From positions 44,227 to 76,226 of the forward strand of contig CAKPIK010000001.1 in NCBI GenBank assembly GCA_934162365.1: 32,000 bases of DNA, given 5' to 3'. Every line of letters starts with the position of its first letter. Positions within the stretch are counted from its first letter, which is position 1. This DNA is from an uncultured Clostridia bacterium (lineage in GTDB: Bacteria; Bacillota; Clostridia; TANB77; CAG-508). Shown here piece by piece: positions 16,754 through 24,941 of this stretch. A program made the position numbers and the translations under genes. The notes under the pieces were generated by a model. The model was given only the letters and a program-made list of their open reading frames with translations, had not been told where the DNA came from and searched no databases.

Positions 16754-19228
16754 TTTTTTAATTATTTTTGTAACTATAATGGTCATATCGTCTTTTGCTT
16801 TTCCATAGTCGTTATCAATTGCTTCTTTTAATAAAATATCTGCAATCTTCTGGCTATTTTCTGTTTCTATTTGTGTTAATAGGTCTTTTATCCATAATTC
16901 TTTATTTTTATATTCTGAATTAGATTCTAACACTCCATCACTACACATTACAATAATGTCATTATTTTCTATATCTCTATCATAAACAATTAAGTCTATA
17001 TCTTTTAATATTCCAGCTGGTAAAGCTATATTTTTTATAATATCTACCTGTTTTTTGTTTTTTATAAAAGTTGGCGCTGCTCCATTCTTTATATATTCAA
17101 CATTTCCAGCATACAAGTCTAGCACCATTATATCAAGTGTTGCATATGTTTCATCTTTAATATTAGCAGCTATAGTATTATTTATTAATTCAATTGAAGT
17201 TTCTTTATCAAATCCATTAGAAAGCAGTCTTCCAAGCATCTTTATAGCAATTTGACTTGATTTTCTTGCATTAGGTCCTGAACCCATTCCATCACTTATT
17301 GCTAAAAGATATTTGCCATCTTCTAAAGATATTTGCAAATTACTGTCTCCTGAAACTCCTTCACCATCTTTATGAGTTTTTGCTACTCCAATTTGCATTC
17401 CAAATTTATCTTTTGATATATATGTTTGATAACATATATTTTGACTTTGTTTTATTCCACAATTTTCTTTTTTTATTACAATTGGTTCTTGCAAAGTATC
17501 TGTTAATATTTCTTCAATCTTGTTTGTTGGACATTCAATTATTTTGCTATCATCACAAGTATTCAAAAATGCCTTTATTACATATCTTCCAGTTCTTTCT
17601 TGTTTAATATTAATGTCTAACATATCAATTTGTCTTTGTTTACATTTTAGTATTATTTCTTTTTTCTTATCTAAAAATTCTTCTTTTTCGTTGTTTTCAA
17701 TATTATTTGCAATATTATCAATAACTTTAGATACTCCATCTAATTGAGCAGAAATATTTTTATTGTTTTCATTTATTTTAGCTGCAACAACAAAGTTTTT
17801 TCTAATTGCTTTATATGAATTATTAACTACATTAATCATTTCTAGGATATTTTTTTCTATTTTTTGTGAAGTCTCATAGCTATCAAACCCAACTATATAG
17901 TTATTGTGTTCTTTATATATTTCTAATAAATCTTCTCTAGTTAGTCTATCTTTTTTTACTAAGTATTCAAACACTTCATTAACAATAGTTTCATCGTCAT
18001 CAATAAAATCTTCATATAACATGTTTTCTGGTATTTGCCTTACATTGTTTTGTAATTCTTCTAAAAATATTTCTCTGTCTTCATTTATATTGTCATCAGT
18101 CTTAGCAGTTTCACTTGTGGCTTCTTTATATGTATCAGACATTTGTTTTATTACATTAGATACATCATTTAACTTATTAACCGTTTCTTTACTTTCTTCT
18201 AATCTATATGTTGCTCCTTCTGGCAAAACATTATTTTTTCCAAATAGATCAACAACATTTATTTCTATTTTATTAGGTATTAGTATTAGTGCAAGTGAAG
18301 CTACTAATATCTCTTTAAGACATATCAATTCTACAAGTCCACCATTATACACATATGTTAATACAAGATTTCCAGCAATAAAGCCTACAATTACACCAAT
18401 TTTTCCAAATTTGCTAAGTATTCCAGCAATTAAACCTGAAACTGCAAAAACAGCTATAAGTATTGGGTTAGAGTTTGTTATTATTCCTAAAACCACACCA
18501 ACCGTAACACCAGAGGTTGTCCCTATTAAAATTCCATTTTTCCACCCTAAAATTAATACTAATAATATACTAATAATATTGCTAAGCTGTAACCCAATTA
18601 TTTTTGTATCTCCCAAACAGGTAGCAGCAATTGATACTAAAAGCGTTGCTCCAATTACTTCTTCTATTGAAAATACTTTTTTATTTTTTATCTCATTTAC
18701 AACTATAATTGATTTACTAAATATTTTATAGAAAATATATGCTGTCATTGCCGAAGTTATTGCAACTAATAAATCATAAACTAAAAACTGTTGAAATAAT
18801 AATTTTATAAGTTGTCCAAGAAAAACTGATATAAATACATATTTTCCAATTTTAATTTTTTCACTTTCAAATTCTAGTAATAATTTCTTAGGTTTAAAAG
18901 TAAGTATTAAAGCCACTAAAATTGCACTAGTAAACAAATATGAAAGTAGTCCAGCTGTTTGAAACTTAATTAAAGTTCCAACCATAGTTAATACAAATAA
19001 AACTCCAACTGGTATTCCATTGCTTATTGCTGCTGCAAATATAGCAATAGCAAATACAGAATAGCTTAATCCTATTCCATTTACGCATGACAACATAAGG
19101 GATAGAATATATAAAATTATACTTTGTCCCTTTACTATGTTTTTTAATATATCTTTTATACTTTTATTATTTTTTATATTTATTTCTTTATTATCTTCTG
19201 TATAATCTTTTGAAACGTTTTGAAACAT
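16751..19228 (-). CDS. spoIIE: Stage II sporulation protein E (membrane PP2C phosphatase)
   Basis: About 10 N-terminal TM helices, a central domain, and a C-terminal PP2C domain (GVSGDS...AISDGMGSGPNARKSS...MCSDGVLE). The preferred start is ATG 19226-19228 after GGGGTG. The track uses GTG at 19246. Confidence 0.85.
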   Translation of the reverse strand: MFQNVSKDYTEDNKEINIKNNKSIKDILKNIVKGQSIILYILSLMLSCVNGIGLSYSVFAIAIFAAAISNGIPVGVLFVLTMVGTLIKFQTAGLLSYLFTSAILVALILTFKPKKLLLEFESEKIKIGKYVFISVFLGQLIKLLFQQFLVYDLLVAITSAMTAYIFYKIFSKSIIVVNEIKNKKVFSIEEVIGATLLVSIAATCLGDTKIIGLQLSNIISILLVLILGWKNGILIGTTSGVTVGVVLGIITNSNPILIAVFAVSGLIAGILSKFGKIGVIVGFIAGNLVLTYVYNGGLVELICLKEILVASLALILIPNKIEINVVDLFGKNNVLPEGATYRLEESKETVNKLNDVSNVIKQMSDTYKEATSETAKTDDNINEDREIFLEELQNNVRQIPENMLYEDFIDDDETIVNEVFEYLVKKDRLTREDLLEIYKEHNNYIVGFDSYETSQKIEKNILEMINVVNNSYKAIRKNFVVAAKINENNKNISAQLDGVSKVIDNIANNIENNEKEEFLDKKKEIILKCKQRQIDMLDINIKQERTGRYVIKAFLNTCDDSKIIECPTNKIEEILTDTLQEPIVIKKENCGIKQSQNICYQTYISKDKFGMQIGVAKTHKDGEGVSGDSNLQISLEDGKYLLAISDGMGSGPNARKSSQIAIKMLGRLLSNGFDKETSIELINNTIAANIKDETYATLDIMVLDLYAGNVEYIKNGAAPTFIKNKKQVDIIKNIALPAGILKDIDLIVYDRDIENNDIIVMCSDGVLESNSEYKNKELWIKDLLTQIETENSQKIADILLKEAIDNDYGKAKDDMTIIVTKIIKK

Positions 19229-19268
19229 TATTACACCCCGCAACACCTTAAAATTTTCTTCGACGATA

Positions 19269-19303
19269 ATTATAAGATGTTAAACATATAAAAGTTTGTC
19301 GTT
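19269..19303 (-). promoter_or_regulatory. Candidate spoIIE promoter with overlapping Spo0A-box-like element
   Basis: The minus strand reads AACGACAAA (reverse 0A-box core TGTCGTT at 19297-19303), then a 22-nt spacer, then TATAAT (19269-19274). Confidence 0.3.
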
Positions 19304-19441
19304 TTTAGAACTCAAATCAAAAAAGTTTTTGACCTTTTATGATATACATTTTTCTTTAGTAAACATTTTCAAAAAAATAAAACAAATTATGTATATTATT
19401 TTACTATAATTTGTCGTATTTTTCAATATAAAAGCTTATAT

Positions 19442-20155
19442 TTATAAATAAAAATAATCCATTATTCCATTATAAATTCCCAAAGCTAATTTACTTTGAT
19501 AATTATCATCTTGTAAAAGTTTTTCTTCTTCTGGATTTGATAAAAATCCACATTCCACAATTGCAATAGGTATCTTAACATGATCAATTATATATTTTCC
19601 ACTTATTTTTAATGCTTCTCTCTTATTTTCTTTTTGAATACTTGAATTTAATTCTTCTTGCAAGCTCTTTGCAAGTTCTTCACTTTTTTCATCATTTGCT
19701 TTAAAAAATGTTTGCCACCCATAATATTGGCTTTGTGGTATTTTATTTAAATGAATTGATATAAAAGCATCTGCACTTGACGAATTACCAATTTCTACTC
19801 TATTTTTTATATCCGAAACTTTCATTTCTCTTAATGTTTTTGAATTCAAATTATATATTCCATTCTCATCAGATCTAGTTAAAATAACTTTACAACCACT
19901 TTGTTCTAATAATAATTGAACTTTTTTAGTTATTTTTAAATTAATACTTGCTTCACTTACTCCATTTGCGCTTTCGGCTCCCTCATCTGGAATTCCATGC
20001 CCCGCATCTAGCACTATTGTTTTATTACTTACTGGTAAACTTACAGTTTCTATGCTGTTCGATTTTTGAGGAATAATTGCCACATAACATGCAACAACAA
20101 TTAAACTTAATATAGAAAACATTATAACAATTTTCTTTTTTCTTATAATTAACAC
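19442..20155 (-). CDS. cwlD: N-acetylmuramoyl-L-alanine amidase, CwlD-like (Amidase_3)
   Basis: GTG start at 20155 after GAGGTG. N-terminal TM helix. Motifs VLDAGHGIPDEGA, FISIHLN and AIVECGFLSNPEEEKLL. The size and single-domain layout match germination-specific CwlD. Confidence 0.7.
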   Translation of the reverse strand: MLIIRKKKIVIMFSILSLIVVACYVAIIPQKSNSIETVSLPVSNKTIVLDAGHGIPDEGAESANGVSEASINLKITKKVQLLLEQSGCKVILTRSDENGIYNLNSKTLREMKVSDIKNRVEIGNSSSADAFISIHLNKIPQSQYYGWQTFFKANDEKSEELAKSLQEELNSSIQKENKREALKISGKYIIDHVKIPIAIVECGFLSNPEEEKLLQDDNYQSKLALGIYNGIMDYFYL

Positions 20156-20202
20156 AAAAACACCTCGCTACTAAATTGTATGCAAGGTGTTTAATTTAAT
20201 TC

Positions 20203-21129
20203 TTAAATTTTTCTTCTATTAATTGCGTATGCACTACCGGTTTGAGTTTTCGCTAAATGTTTAACTTGTGCTCCGACTTCGCCTATTTCCAAATGATTTG
20301 TATATTCACCTGGTGCAACTTTAACAACTCCAATTGAAATTGATGTTATAGGAAATTGCTCTATAATTCCTCTCCTGTTTGCAACTTCTAAGTAACCACG
20401 TTCTATGTCTTCTTCATTAAAATAGTCTTTTATATTCTCATCAAATTTCATTATTATATCTTGGCATAATTTTTCATAATCCACATTAGAGATTATTCCT
20501 ACAAAATCATCTCCACCAATATGTCCAACAAATGTATCTTCTATTTTATAACTATGCATTACTTTTAATATTGTTTTAGCAGTAAATTTAATTACTTCAT
20601 CACCCTTTAAAAAGCCATATGTATCGTTATATTCTTTGAAGTTATCTAAGTCAAAATACAAAATTGCAAATTCTTCTTTTTTTAATAATCTCTTTCTAAT
20701 TTCAACTTGAATTTGCAAGTTTCCTGGAAGTCCTGTAAGCGGACTAACCTTTCTATTACTTGTCATTAACCTTATTATATTTCTTATAGTATAATATATA
20801 TATTCATCATCAATTGGTGCTTTTATAAAATATTCTACATCGCTTTTTAATATATCTAGTCTATGTTGTTTGTCAATGTTTGAACTAATTACCATAATTG
20901 GAGTAATTGAGTTTTCGCTGTAATTTCTAATTAAACTACAAATCTCAATTACGTCTTCATTTATATTATCTTCATCAATTATTATTAAGTCTGGAATAGA
21001 TTTAATTCCATCTAATACATTTTTAGGATCTATACAATTAAAAATATAATCTTTTTCTTTTTCAAAAATGCCTTTTAACCTTGTTGTAAGCTTATCATTA
21101 TTTTCAATAATTGATATTTCTTGATACAT
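20203..21129 (-). CDS. Response-regulator receiver + GGDEF-family domain protein (motif variant GGDDF)
   Basis: REC-like N-terminus (LIIIDED, VISS, IKAP). GGDEF-like C-terminus (PLTGLPGN, FDLDNFKEYNDTYGFLKGDEV, VGHIGGDDFVGII). Confidence 0.75.
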   Translation of the reverse strand: MYQEISIIENNDKLTTRLKGIFEKEKDYIFNCIDPKNVLDGIKSIPDLIIIDEDNINEDVIEICSLIRNYSENSITPIMVISSNIDKQHRLDILKSDVEYFIKAPIDDEYIYYTIRNIIRLMTSNRKVSPLTGLPGNLQIQVEIRKRLLKKEEFAILYFDLDNFKEYNDTYGFLKGDEVIKFTAKTILKVMHSYKIEDTFVGHIGGDDFVGIISNVDYEKLCQDIIMKFDENIKDYFNEEDIERGYLEVANRRGIIEQFPITSISIGVVKVAPGEYTNHLEIGEVGAQVKHLAKTQTGSAYAINRRKI

Positions 21130-21179
21130 TAACTAATTCACCTTCTTCTTTTGTTATATAAATTCATACTATATTACTA

Positions 21180-22139
21180 CTAATCTTGGGTTGTATACTC
21201 ATATTTCCATACAGTTGTGTCAACTGCACCACTATCTGTTGTACTTATTACTTTTAAATAATTCCATCCTTGAACCATTTTAACTTTATAATGTACTGTT
21301 GTTGTTTCCTTAAAAGTATCTTTATTCATTAAGAATTTATCGCCATTAAATTCAAATTCAACTTTGTTAATATTTTCTTCACCAGTTACAGTAAAGTTTA
21401 AATATCCTCCACTTGCTAACACGCTAGTTTTAGCTTTTGTAACACCTTTTATTTCTTGGGATTTTTCTGTACTGTTATTATTTTTATCTACTGCTACAAT
21501 TTTTAATGTGTTGTGGCCTTTAGGAATTTCTATAAGTTTTTCAAATTTAGTTCTATCTTCATAAGTAATCATATCTTCCTTATTTTCTGCATCTGTATTC
21601 CATTTATATGTTACATATGATAACTCTTCTTTTGAAGTTACTGAAATTTTTATATCATTTCCTATAACAAATAAACTTATTTCTGGCTTTGTTGTTTCAA
21701 CAACAAATGTTTCTTGTCTTTTAAATTCTTTTCCATTTGAGTTAATTATTGATATATTTAAAACATTTTCTCCACTTGGTATATCTATTATTTCTTCAAT
21801 ATTAGTTTTTCCACTTTCTTCTATTGTTTCAGATGCATTATTATTCCAATTATATATTATATGAGAAATTGCACTATCACTTTGAATGTCTATTATTAAT
21901 TTATTATCCTCAGTTTTAGTTAGAGTTATATCAGGGTTAAACACTTCCTCTGTTGTTGTTCCACTTGGATTATTATCAACACTTTTATTTATTATTTTTT
22001 GATACACTCCATATGCACCTTGTCCTAACAAAATCAAACCAAATACAATAATTGCAATAGCAAAAACAAGCACAATCTTTTTTGTATCTATTGTACCTTT
22101 ATTACCACTATTTCTTTCTACTTGTAATATCTGGTTCAT
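21180..22139 (-). CDS. Membrane-anchored extracytoplasmic protein with three Ig-like modules
   Basis: GGAGG RBS and one N-terminal TM helix (IVLVFAIAIIVFGLILLG). Three ~85-aa modules follow, sharing the pattern P.I.L....(I/V)..V.S....(Y).(Y/F).(W/F)N ... IP.G.N.L.I.A.D..(N/G). Confidence 0.6.
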   Translation of the reverse strand: MNQILQVERNSGNKGTIDTKKIVLVFAIAIIVFGLILLGQGAYGVYQKIINKSVDNNPSGTTTEEVFNPDITLTKTEDNKLIIDIQSDSAISHIIYNWNNNASETIEESGKTNIEEIIDIPSGENVLNISIINSNGKEFKRQETFVVETTKPEISLFVIGNDIKISVTSKEELSYVTYKWNTDAENKEDMITYEDRTKFEKLIEIPKGHNTLKIVAVDKNNNSTEKSQEIKGVTKAKTSVLASGGYLNFTVTGEENINKVEFEFNGDKFLMNKDTFKETTTVHYKVKMVQGWNYLKVISTTDSGAVDTTVWKYEYTTQD

Positions 22140-22164
22140 TTATTGCCTCCATTTTTACGATTTT

Positions 22165-22194
22165 ATTATAGCACATTAATTAATAAGATGTAAA
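22165..22194 (-). promoter_or_regulatory. Candidate internal promoter for the Ig-like membrane protein gene
   Basis: The minus strand reads TTTACA-N18-TATAAT with TGc immediately upstream of the -10. It lies in the 68-nt gap after walK. Confidence 0.4.
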
Positions 22195-22207
22195 CAATAT
22201 TTTAACA

Positions 22208-23614
22208 TTATTTTGTTGGTATTCTTATTACCACTTCAGTTCCTTTTCCTTTTTCACTCTTTATATCAATACTACCATTATTTTTGTCTAAAATTTCCTT
22301 TGCAATTGATAATCCTAATCCTGTTCCGCCCATTTGTCTTGTACGTGCTTTATCAACTCTATAAAATCTTTCAAATATTCTATTTAAATCTTCTTCTGGA
22401 ATTCCTAAACCATTATCGATTACTTTTATATAAGCATCATTATAAACAAATCCAACATATATTTTTATTGTTCCACCATCTGGTGTGTACTTTATACTGT
22501 TAGTTAAAATGTTTAATACTACTCGTTCTATTCCCTCTCTATCTGCATAAACATTTGGAACATCTGCTGTAACAAAACATTCAACCTTATGTTTCTTTTT
22601 ATCTATTTCTATTTGTACTTTTTCTTGACACTGTTTAACTAAAGCACCCAAATCAAATTTTACCTTTTCTTGTAAGATTTGATTATTATCAAATCTTGAT
22701 AAAGTTAATAGATCTGTAACAAGTTTTGCCATTCTTCTTGCTTCTTCTGCAATTACATTTAAAAATCTATTTTGTGTATCTTTATCATATTCGCCTTCTA
22801 ATAATGTATCTGCATATCCCATTATTGACGTTATAGGTGTTTTTAATTCATGAGACACATCAGCCACAAATTCCTTTCTCATATTGTCTAGTTTTACATG
22901 TTCTGTTATATCTTGAATTAAAACCATTACACCAGAAGGTCTGTCATTTTCGTCTTTAAATTGAGCAAAAAACATATTTAAAACTTTATCTCCAACTGTT
23001 ATTTTTTGCTCAGTTGATGTCCAATTTTCTAGATAAATGATTTTTTCCATATTTATATCTAAATTTATTTTTCTATTAAAAATCGTTTTAAAATCTTTGT
23101 CTTGTGGCAACAATCTTAAAAGTCTGTTAGCTGCCGGATTTACTAAAATAACCTCACCTTGCATATTAAAAGCAATTATACCATCTGTCATATGTAGTAT
23201 TATTGTTTCAATTTGCTTTTTTTGTCTTGTCATTTCATTCAAGCTTTCCCTTAGCTCATCTGTCATCATATTAAATGCATTAACAACTTCATCTGATTTT
23301 TTATTGTTTCTTTGAGATTTGTTTTCGTTAGATACCATTTTTTCTGCATCTGAAATTAACTTTACAATTGGTCTATTTAAAAACATAGAAACTACTATTG
23401 CCATAATCAAACACAAAATAGCATATCCGATATCTAAAGCAACAGTTAGTTTTCTCACATCAGATATTTTTTGTTCAAAATTGATATTAGAATCAATTGT
23501 TTGATCTTTTATATCTTCTAAATTTAATATATTTAACATTCCTAGTCCAGTTATAATTATTAATCCAATAACTAAAAAAGCGGTTATTGTTTTTACATGA
23601 GTCCTTTTAAACAT
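22208..23614 (-). CDS. walK: Sensor histidine kinase, WalK/VicK-like (short extracellular loop, HAMP-PAS-HisKA-HATPase)
   Basis: Two TM helices about 35 aa apart. PAS-like segment ILHMTDGIIAFNMQGEVILVNPAANRLL. H-box EFVADVSHELKTPITSIMGYADTLLEG. ATPase boxes NSIKYTPDGG, DNGLGIPEEDLNRIFERFYRVD and GGTGLGLSIAKEI. Confidence 0.75.
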   Translation of the reverse strand: MFKRTHVKTITAFLVIGLIIITGLGMLNILNLEDIKDQTIDSNINFEQKISDVRKLTVALDIGYAILCLIMAIVVSMFLNRPIVKLISDAEKMVSNENKSQRNNKKSDEVVNAFNMMTDELRESLNEMTRQKKQIETIILHMTDGIIAFNMQGEVILVNPAANRLLRLLPQDKDFKTIFNRKINLDINMEKIIYLENWTSTEQKITVGDKVLNMFFAQFKDENDRPSGVMVLIQDITEHVKLDNMRKEFVADVSHELKTPITSIMGYADTLLEGEYDKDTQNRFLNVIAEEARRMAKLVTDLLTLSRFDNNQILQEKVKFDLGALVKQCQEKVQIEIDKKKHKVECFVTADVPNVYADREGIERVVLNILTNSIKYTPDGGTIKIYVGFVYNDAYIKVIDNGLGIPEEDLNRIFERFYRVDKARTRQMGGTGLGLSIAKEILDKNNGSIDIKSEKGKGTEVVIRIPTK

Positions 23615-23719
23615 TATTTTTCTCCTTTTACAATTAAAGAGCAGGCATTGTAGTAGGTTTTATCCACCTGTTAGCCTGCCCCTTATATAGGGAATATTCC
23701 CATTTTAATTTATATTACT

Positions 23720-24454
23720 TTATTTACTTGCAATATAATATCCTACACCTCTTTTGGTTATTAGAATCTTTGGAGCAGAAGTATCCTTTTCTATTTTTTC
23801 ACGAATTCTTCTAACAGTAACATCAACAGTTCTTATGTCTCCATAATATTCATATCCCCAAACTTTTTCAAGCAAAACTTCTCTTGTAACAACTTGTCCC
23901 GGTTGATTTGCTAAATATTTTAAAACTTCAAATTCTCTTAAAGTAAGGTCTATTACCTCATCTTTAACTTTAACTTCAAATTTATCAAAATCAATACTTA
24001 AATCTCCAATTTTTATTTTTTTAGTTTCCTTATTTGAGAAATTAGAATTAGCATTTGATGTTGAAGCTTCAAATTTTCTTAAATTTGCTTTTATTCTTGC
24101 CATTAATTCTCTAACACTAAATGGTTTAGTTACATAGTCGTCAGCCCCTAATTCTAATCCAACAATTTTATCTATTTCTTCATCTCTAGCAGTTAACATT
24201 AAGATTGGAACATTAAGAGTTGTCCTGATTTTTTTACAAACTGTTAGGCCATCCATTTTAGGAAGCATTATATCTAATAGTATTAAATCTGGTTTTTTAC
24301 TTAATGCAATTTCAACTGCTGTTACACCATCATTTGCTTCTATTGTATTATATCCTTCTTTTTGAAGATTATATACTAAAATATCTACTATTGGTTTTTC
24401 ATCATCTACTATTAATATTGTTTTCTTATCTTGATTTAATTCATTTTCCATCAT
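23720..24454 (-). CDS. walR: OmpR-family response regulator, WalR/YycF-like
   Basis: The sequence ILIVDDEKPIVDILVYNLQKEGY...PDLILLDIMLPKMDG..VC...PILMLTARDEEIDKIVGLELGADDYVTKPFSVRELMARIKANLRK matches the Bacillus WalR receiver closely. A winged-helix C-terminus is present (RTVDVTVRRIREKIE...TKRGVGY). Confidence 0.8.
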   Translation of the reverse strand: MMENELNQDKKTILIVDDEKPIVDILVYNLQKEGYNTIEANDGVTAVEIALSKKPDLILLDIMLPKMDGLTVCKKIRTTLNVPILMLTARDEEIDKIVGLELGADDYVTKPFSVRELMARIKANLRKFEASTSNANSNFSNKETKKIKIGDLSIDFDKFEVKVKDEVIDLTLREFEVLKYLANQPGQVVTREVLLEKVWGYEYYGDIRTVDVTVRRIREKIEKDTSAPKILITKRGVGYYIASK

Positions 24455-24483
24455 ATGAAAACCTCCACAATTAATATATTATG

Positions 24484-24512
24484 AATATATCATATCCCTA
24501 AGAATTGCACAA
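24484..24512 (-). promoter_or_regulatory. Candidate sigma-A promoter of walR-walK
   Basis: The minus strand reads TTGTGC-N17-TATATT, about 30 nt upstream of the GGAGG RBS. Confidence 0.35.
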
Positions 24513-24519
24513 GTTTTTT

Positions 24520-24536
24520 TGTAAAATTTCTGTAAT
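24520..24536 (+). promoter_or_regulatory. WalR-type direct repeat TGTAAA-N5-TGTAAT just upstream of the walR -35
   Basis: Exact match to the Bacillus WalR consensus TGT(A/T)A(A/T/C)-N5-TGT(A/T)A(A/T/C). It lies 8 nt beyond the putative -35. Confidence 0.35.
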
Positions 24537-24587
24537 AATTTGTTTATTTTTGAAATATCTTATTAATATAATTGTAATTTAAAGTTT

Positions 24588-24941
24588 CTAAAGTTCAATT
24601 TCTACTTCGTTAATCCTTTTATTATCAATCAACTTAAGCATTTTCTCTTCTTTAATTTCACCATTTAGTAAAAAACTTTGCACTTTATTTGTTTTATTCT
24701 TATTTTTTATTTTTATATTATATATACTTTCTTTATATTTATACTGAATAAAATACTCTTCCCACTCAAATGGAATACATGGTTTTATTGTCAAATTTTC
24801 ATTATTAATTTTTAACCCTAATATATATTCTATTCCAGCATCATAATACCAACTTGAAGAACCCGTATACCAACTCCATCCACCTCTTCCGAAGCAAACT
24901 TTCACTGCCATATATATCTGCTGGTATAACATATGGTTCAA
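24588..24941 (-). pseudogene. cgs: C-terminal fragment (GH94 tail) of the cyclic glucan synthase-like gene, in a shifted frame
   Basis: From about 24890 downstream, this frame reads GRGGWSWYTGSSSWYYDAGIEYILGLKINNENLTIKPCIP.... That is the conserved GH94 segment expected directly after ...EPYVIPADIYGSESLL of the main ORF. Confidence 0.7.
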
